DNA from: Alphaproteobacteria bacterium
GTDB lineage: Bacteria; Pseudomonadota; Alphaproteobacteria; UBA828
Direction: 5' to 3'
Assembly (NCBI GenBank): GCA_965220745.1
Contig: CBDCQT010000012.1
Span: forward strand, 96,001 to 160,000
DNA: 64,000 nucleotides
Shown here: in pieces, positions 62,369-64,000 of the stretch
Layout of the letters: each line of letters begins with the position of its first letter
How positions within the stretch are numbered: the stretch's first letter is position 1
Translations under genes and position numbers: made by a program
The notes under the pieces: model-generated
Database searches by the model: none
Told to the model about the DNA's origin: nothing
Seen by the model: the letters and a program-made list of their open reading frames with translations, nothing else

Positions 62369-63167
62369 GGTGGAGTTCCTCGTCGATGATGTGCTCGAGG
62401 CGGCGGGCGGCGCCCTCGCCCAGATAGACTTCGACCACCGTCTGATCCTTGGTCAGTCCCTCGGCCAATCCCTCATAAATCTTGCTCCCATGATGCATAA
62501 TGACCACGCGGTCGGAGAGCGCCACCAGGAAACGCATGACGTGCTCAATCAGAACGACCGTAAGAGAGCGGCTCTCCCGCATGCGTCGAACAAGATTCAT
62601 CAGGACGTCGATCTCATCGACGTTGAGACCGCCCACCGGCTCGTCGAGAAGGAGCAGGCGCGGCCGCGTCGCCAGTGCGCTCGCGATCATCAGCAGCTTT
62701 CGCTGGAGCACCGGGAGCTCCCGCGCAATCACCATCTCGTAATCGAGTAGTTCGGTGAACTCGAGAACTTCATCGGCAAGCTTCTGCGCTTCCCTGTCGA
62801 AGCGAAGCTTCGGGAAAAAGACGTTCCTGGGCCCGTAGTACGACGCACAAAGGATATTTTCACGAACCGGCAGGGTCTCGAACGCAGCGTTGAGCTGGTA
62901 CGTGCGGGAAAGACCAGCATGGCAAATCTCGACGGGGTTGGACTTCGTTATGTCTTTGCCGTCGAACGCAATGCTCCCTGCGCTTGCCGGATTCAGCCCC
63001 GAAATGACGTCGAACAGTGTCGTCTTGCCGGCGCCGTTGGGCCCGCCAATCCCAAGAACCTCGCCTTGCTGTACATCGAGGCTCAGGTCGTCGACCGCTG
63101 CCATCGCGCCGAAGAACTTGAAGACTCCTCGGCACGACAGCAGCGGTTCGTGGGCCGCTTCATCCAT
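62349..63167 (-). CDS. livG: ABC transporter ATP-binding protein
   Basis: GPNGAGKTT, LLLDEP..G, IEH, V.EVYLG. Confidence 0.9.
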   Translation of the reverse strand: MDEAAHEPLLSCRGVFKFFGAMAAVDDLSLDVQQGEVLGIGGPNGAGKTTLFDVISGLNPASAGSIAFDGKDITKSNPVEICHAGLSRTYQLNAAFETLPVRENILCASYYGPRNVFFPKLRFDREAQKLADEVLEFTELLDYEMVIARELPVLQRKLLMIASALATRPRLLLLDEPVGGLNVDEIDVLMNLVRRMRESRSLTVVLIEHVMRFLVALSDRVVIMHHGSKIYEGLAEGLTKDQTVVEVYLGEGAARRLEHIIDEELHHGHDSS

Positions 63168-63217
63168 GGCCGGCCCTATGTCACAAGATACATGGCCCCT
63201 TACCGGGCACTTGTTGG

Positions 63218-64000
63218 TTACGCGCCGATCTGCGGAAGTCCCCCATTATCCTTGAACCAGGACGGAATCATGAAGTTCCCCGTGTTGTAGGGCTCAGGCG
63301 CCACGAGCGCCCGCACAGGGGATACCTCCTGGATCTGGAAGAACAGATGCGGCTGACCGAGAGACGGGTCGTTGGTGTAGTCCGGATAAGGAATGCCCGC
63401 CTGCCACTCAGGATGCATGTTGACGGAGCCGACGACGCTCCGATAGATCAGGTTCTTCAGGCGATAGGCCACCTTCTTGTTCTGCTCGAAGTTCCCGGGC
63501 TCGCCGGATCCACCGGCAAGCGCCGCGGCCATTGCCCAGTGATACATCGACACATAGGTCTCGCAACCGACCAGCGGCGTCGAGTTCTCACCGTACAGCT
63601 CACGGTACTTGTTCTCGAACGTCGTGCCGATTTCGTCCTGCAGCTGCCCGATCACCGTGGCCACCGTAGTCCCAAGCGCGTTCTCCTGTGCGATGTCGGT
63701 GAACACGGCCGAGATTGCGCCAAACTGATAGTAGGTCAGCGAATCGATCGGATCCTGCATGAACTGGTTCTGACACTGCGCAATTTCCTGAGACGGGAAA
63801 TGCGTGTTGGCGAAGGCGGAAGGATCTGCCGCCCGCACCTTGGCCAGCGTCGGGCCCCATTCAGTGGTGGGAGTCTTGACGATCTCGGGACCGTAGGCGA
63901 CCTCCCAACCATACTCGGCTGCTGATTCGTTCATCGCGTTCACGATGACGATGGAATAGGGGGTGGAGCCGGAAACGAGCGCAACCCTGTTGTTGCGCGG
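63218..64000 (-). CDS. ABC transporter substrate-binding protein (5' end outside window)
   Basis: Open frame to window edge, directly upstream of Liv-type ATPases and permeases. Confidence 0.7.
   Translation of the reverse strand, partial: PRNNRVALVSGSTPYSIVIVNAMNESAAEYGWEVAYGPEIVKTPTTEWGPTLAKVRAADPSAFANTHFPSQEIAQCQNQFMQDPIDSLTYYQFGAISAVFTDIAQENALGTTVATVIGQLQDEIGTTFENKYRELYGENSTPLVGCETYVSMYHWAMAAALAGGSGEPGNFEQNKKVAYRLKNLIYRSVVGSVNMHPEWQAGIPYPDYTNDPSLGQPHLFFQIQEVSPVRALVAPEPYNTGNFMIPSWFKDNGGLPQIGA

Overview
High-GC bacterial window with an alphaproteobacterial-looking gene content. Backbone-type metabolic and transport genes lie at both ends: 1-5256 (class III ADH, two ABC substrate-binding proteins, two SnoaL/NTF2 proteins) and 56168-64000 (MetE-like protein, amidase, Liv-type ABC transporter). 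Between them is a ~51 kb mosaic genomic island (~5360-56100). It holds three full tyrosine integrases, one intact and one decayed large serine recombinase (each running into a tRNA-fMet 3'-half att remnant), three full and two partial copies of one IS3-family element, and IS66/IS1595/IS630 debris. It also carries many toxin-antitoxin/defence genes (RelBE, VapBC, HEPN proteins, AbiE, a truncated type ISP-like R-M gene), a putative Zur-controlled zinc module, and a MOBF relaxase region. The most interesting signals are four. (1) A eukaryote-type sterol C24-methyltransferase homologue is divergent from a GOLPH3/GPP34-cytochrome P450 fusion and next to a LolA-like lipid carrier. (2) A secreted FGE/CLec gene bears the variable-region codon pattern and GC cruciform of a diversity-generating retroelement target, with no reverse transcriptase in the window. 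(3) A duplicated, independently promoted and terminated ~75-nt structured RNA candidate sits upstream of TA modules. (4) An integrase Arm-binding domain is fused to a nuclease-like domain. All assignments are from motif recognition by eye; no database searches were run.
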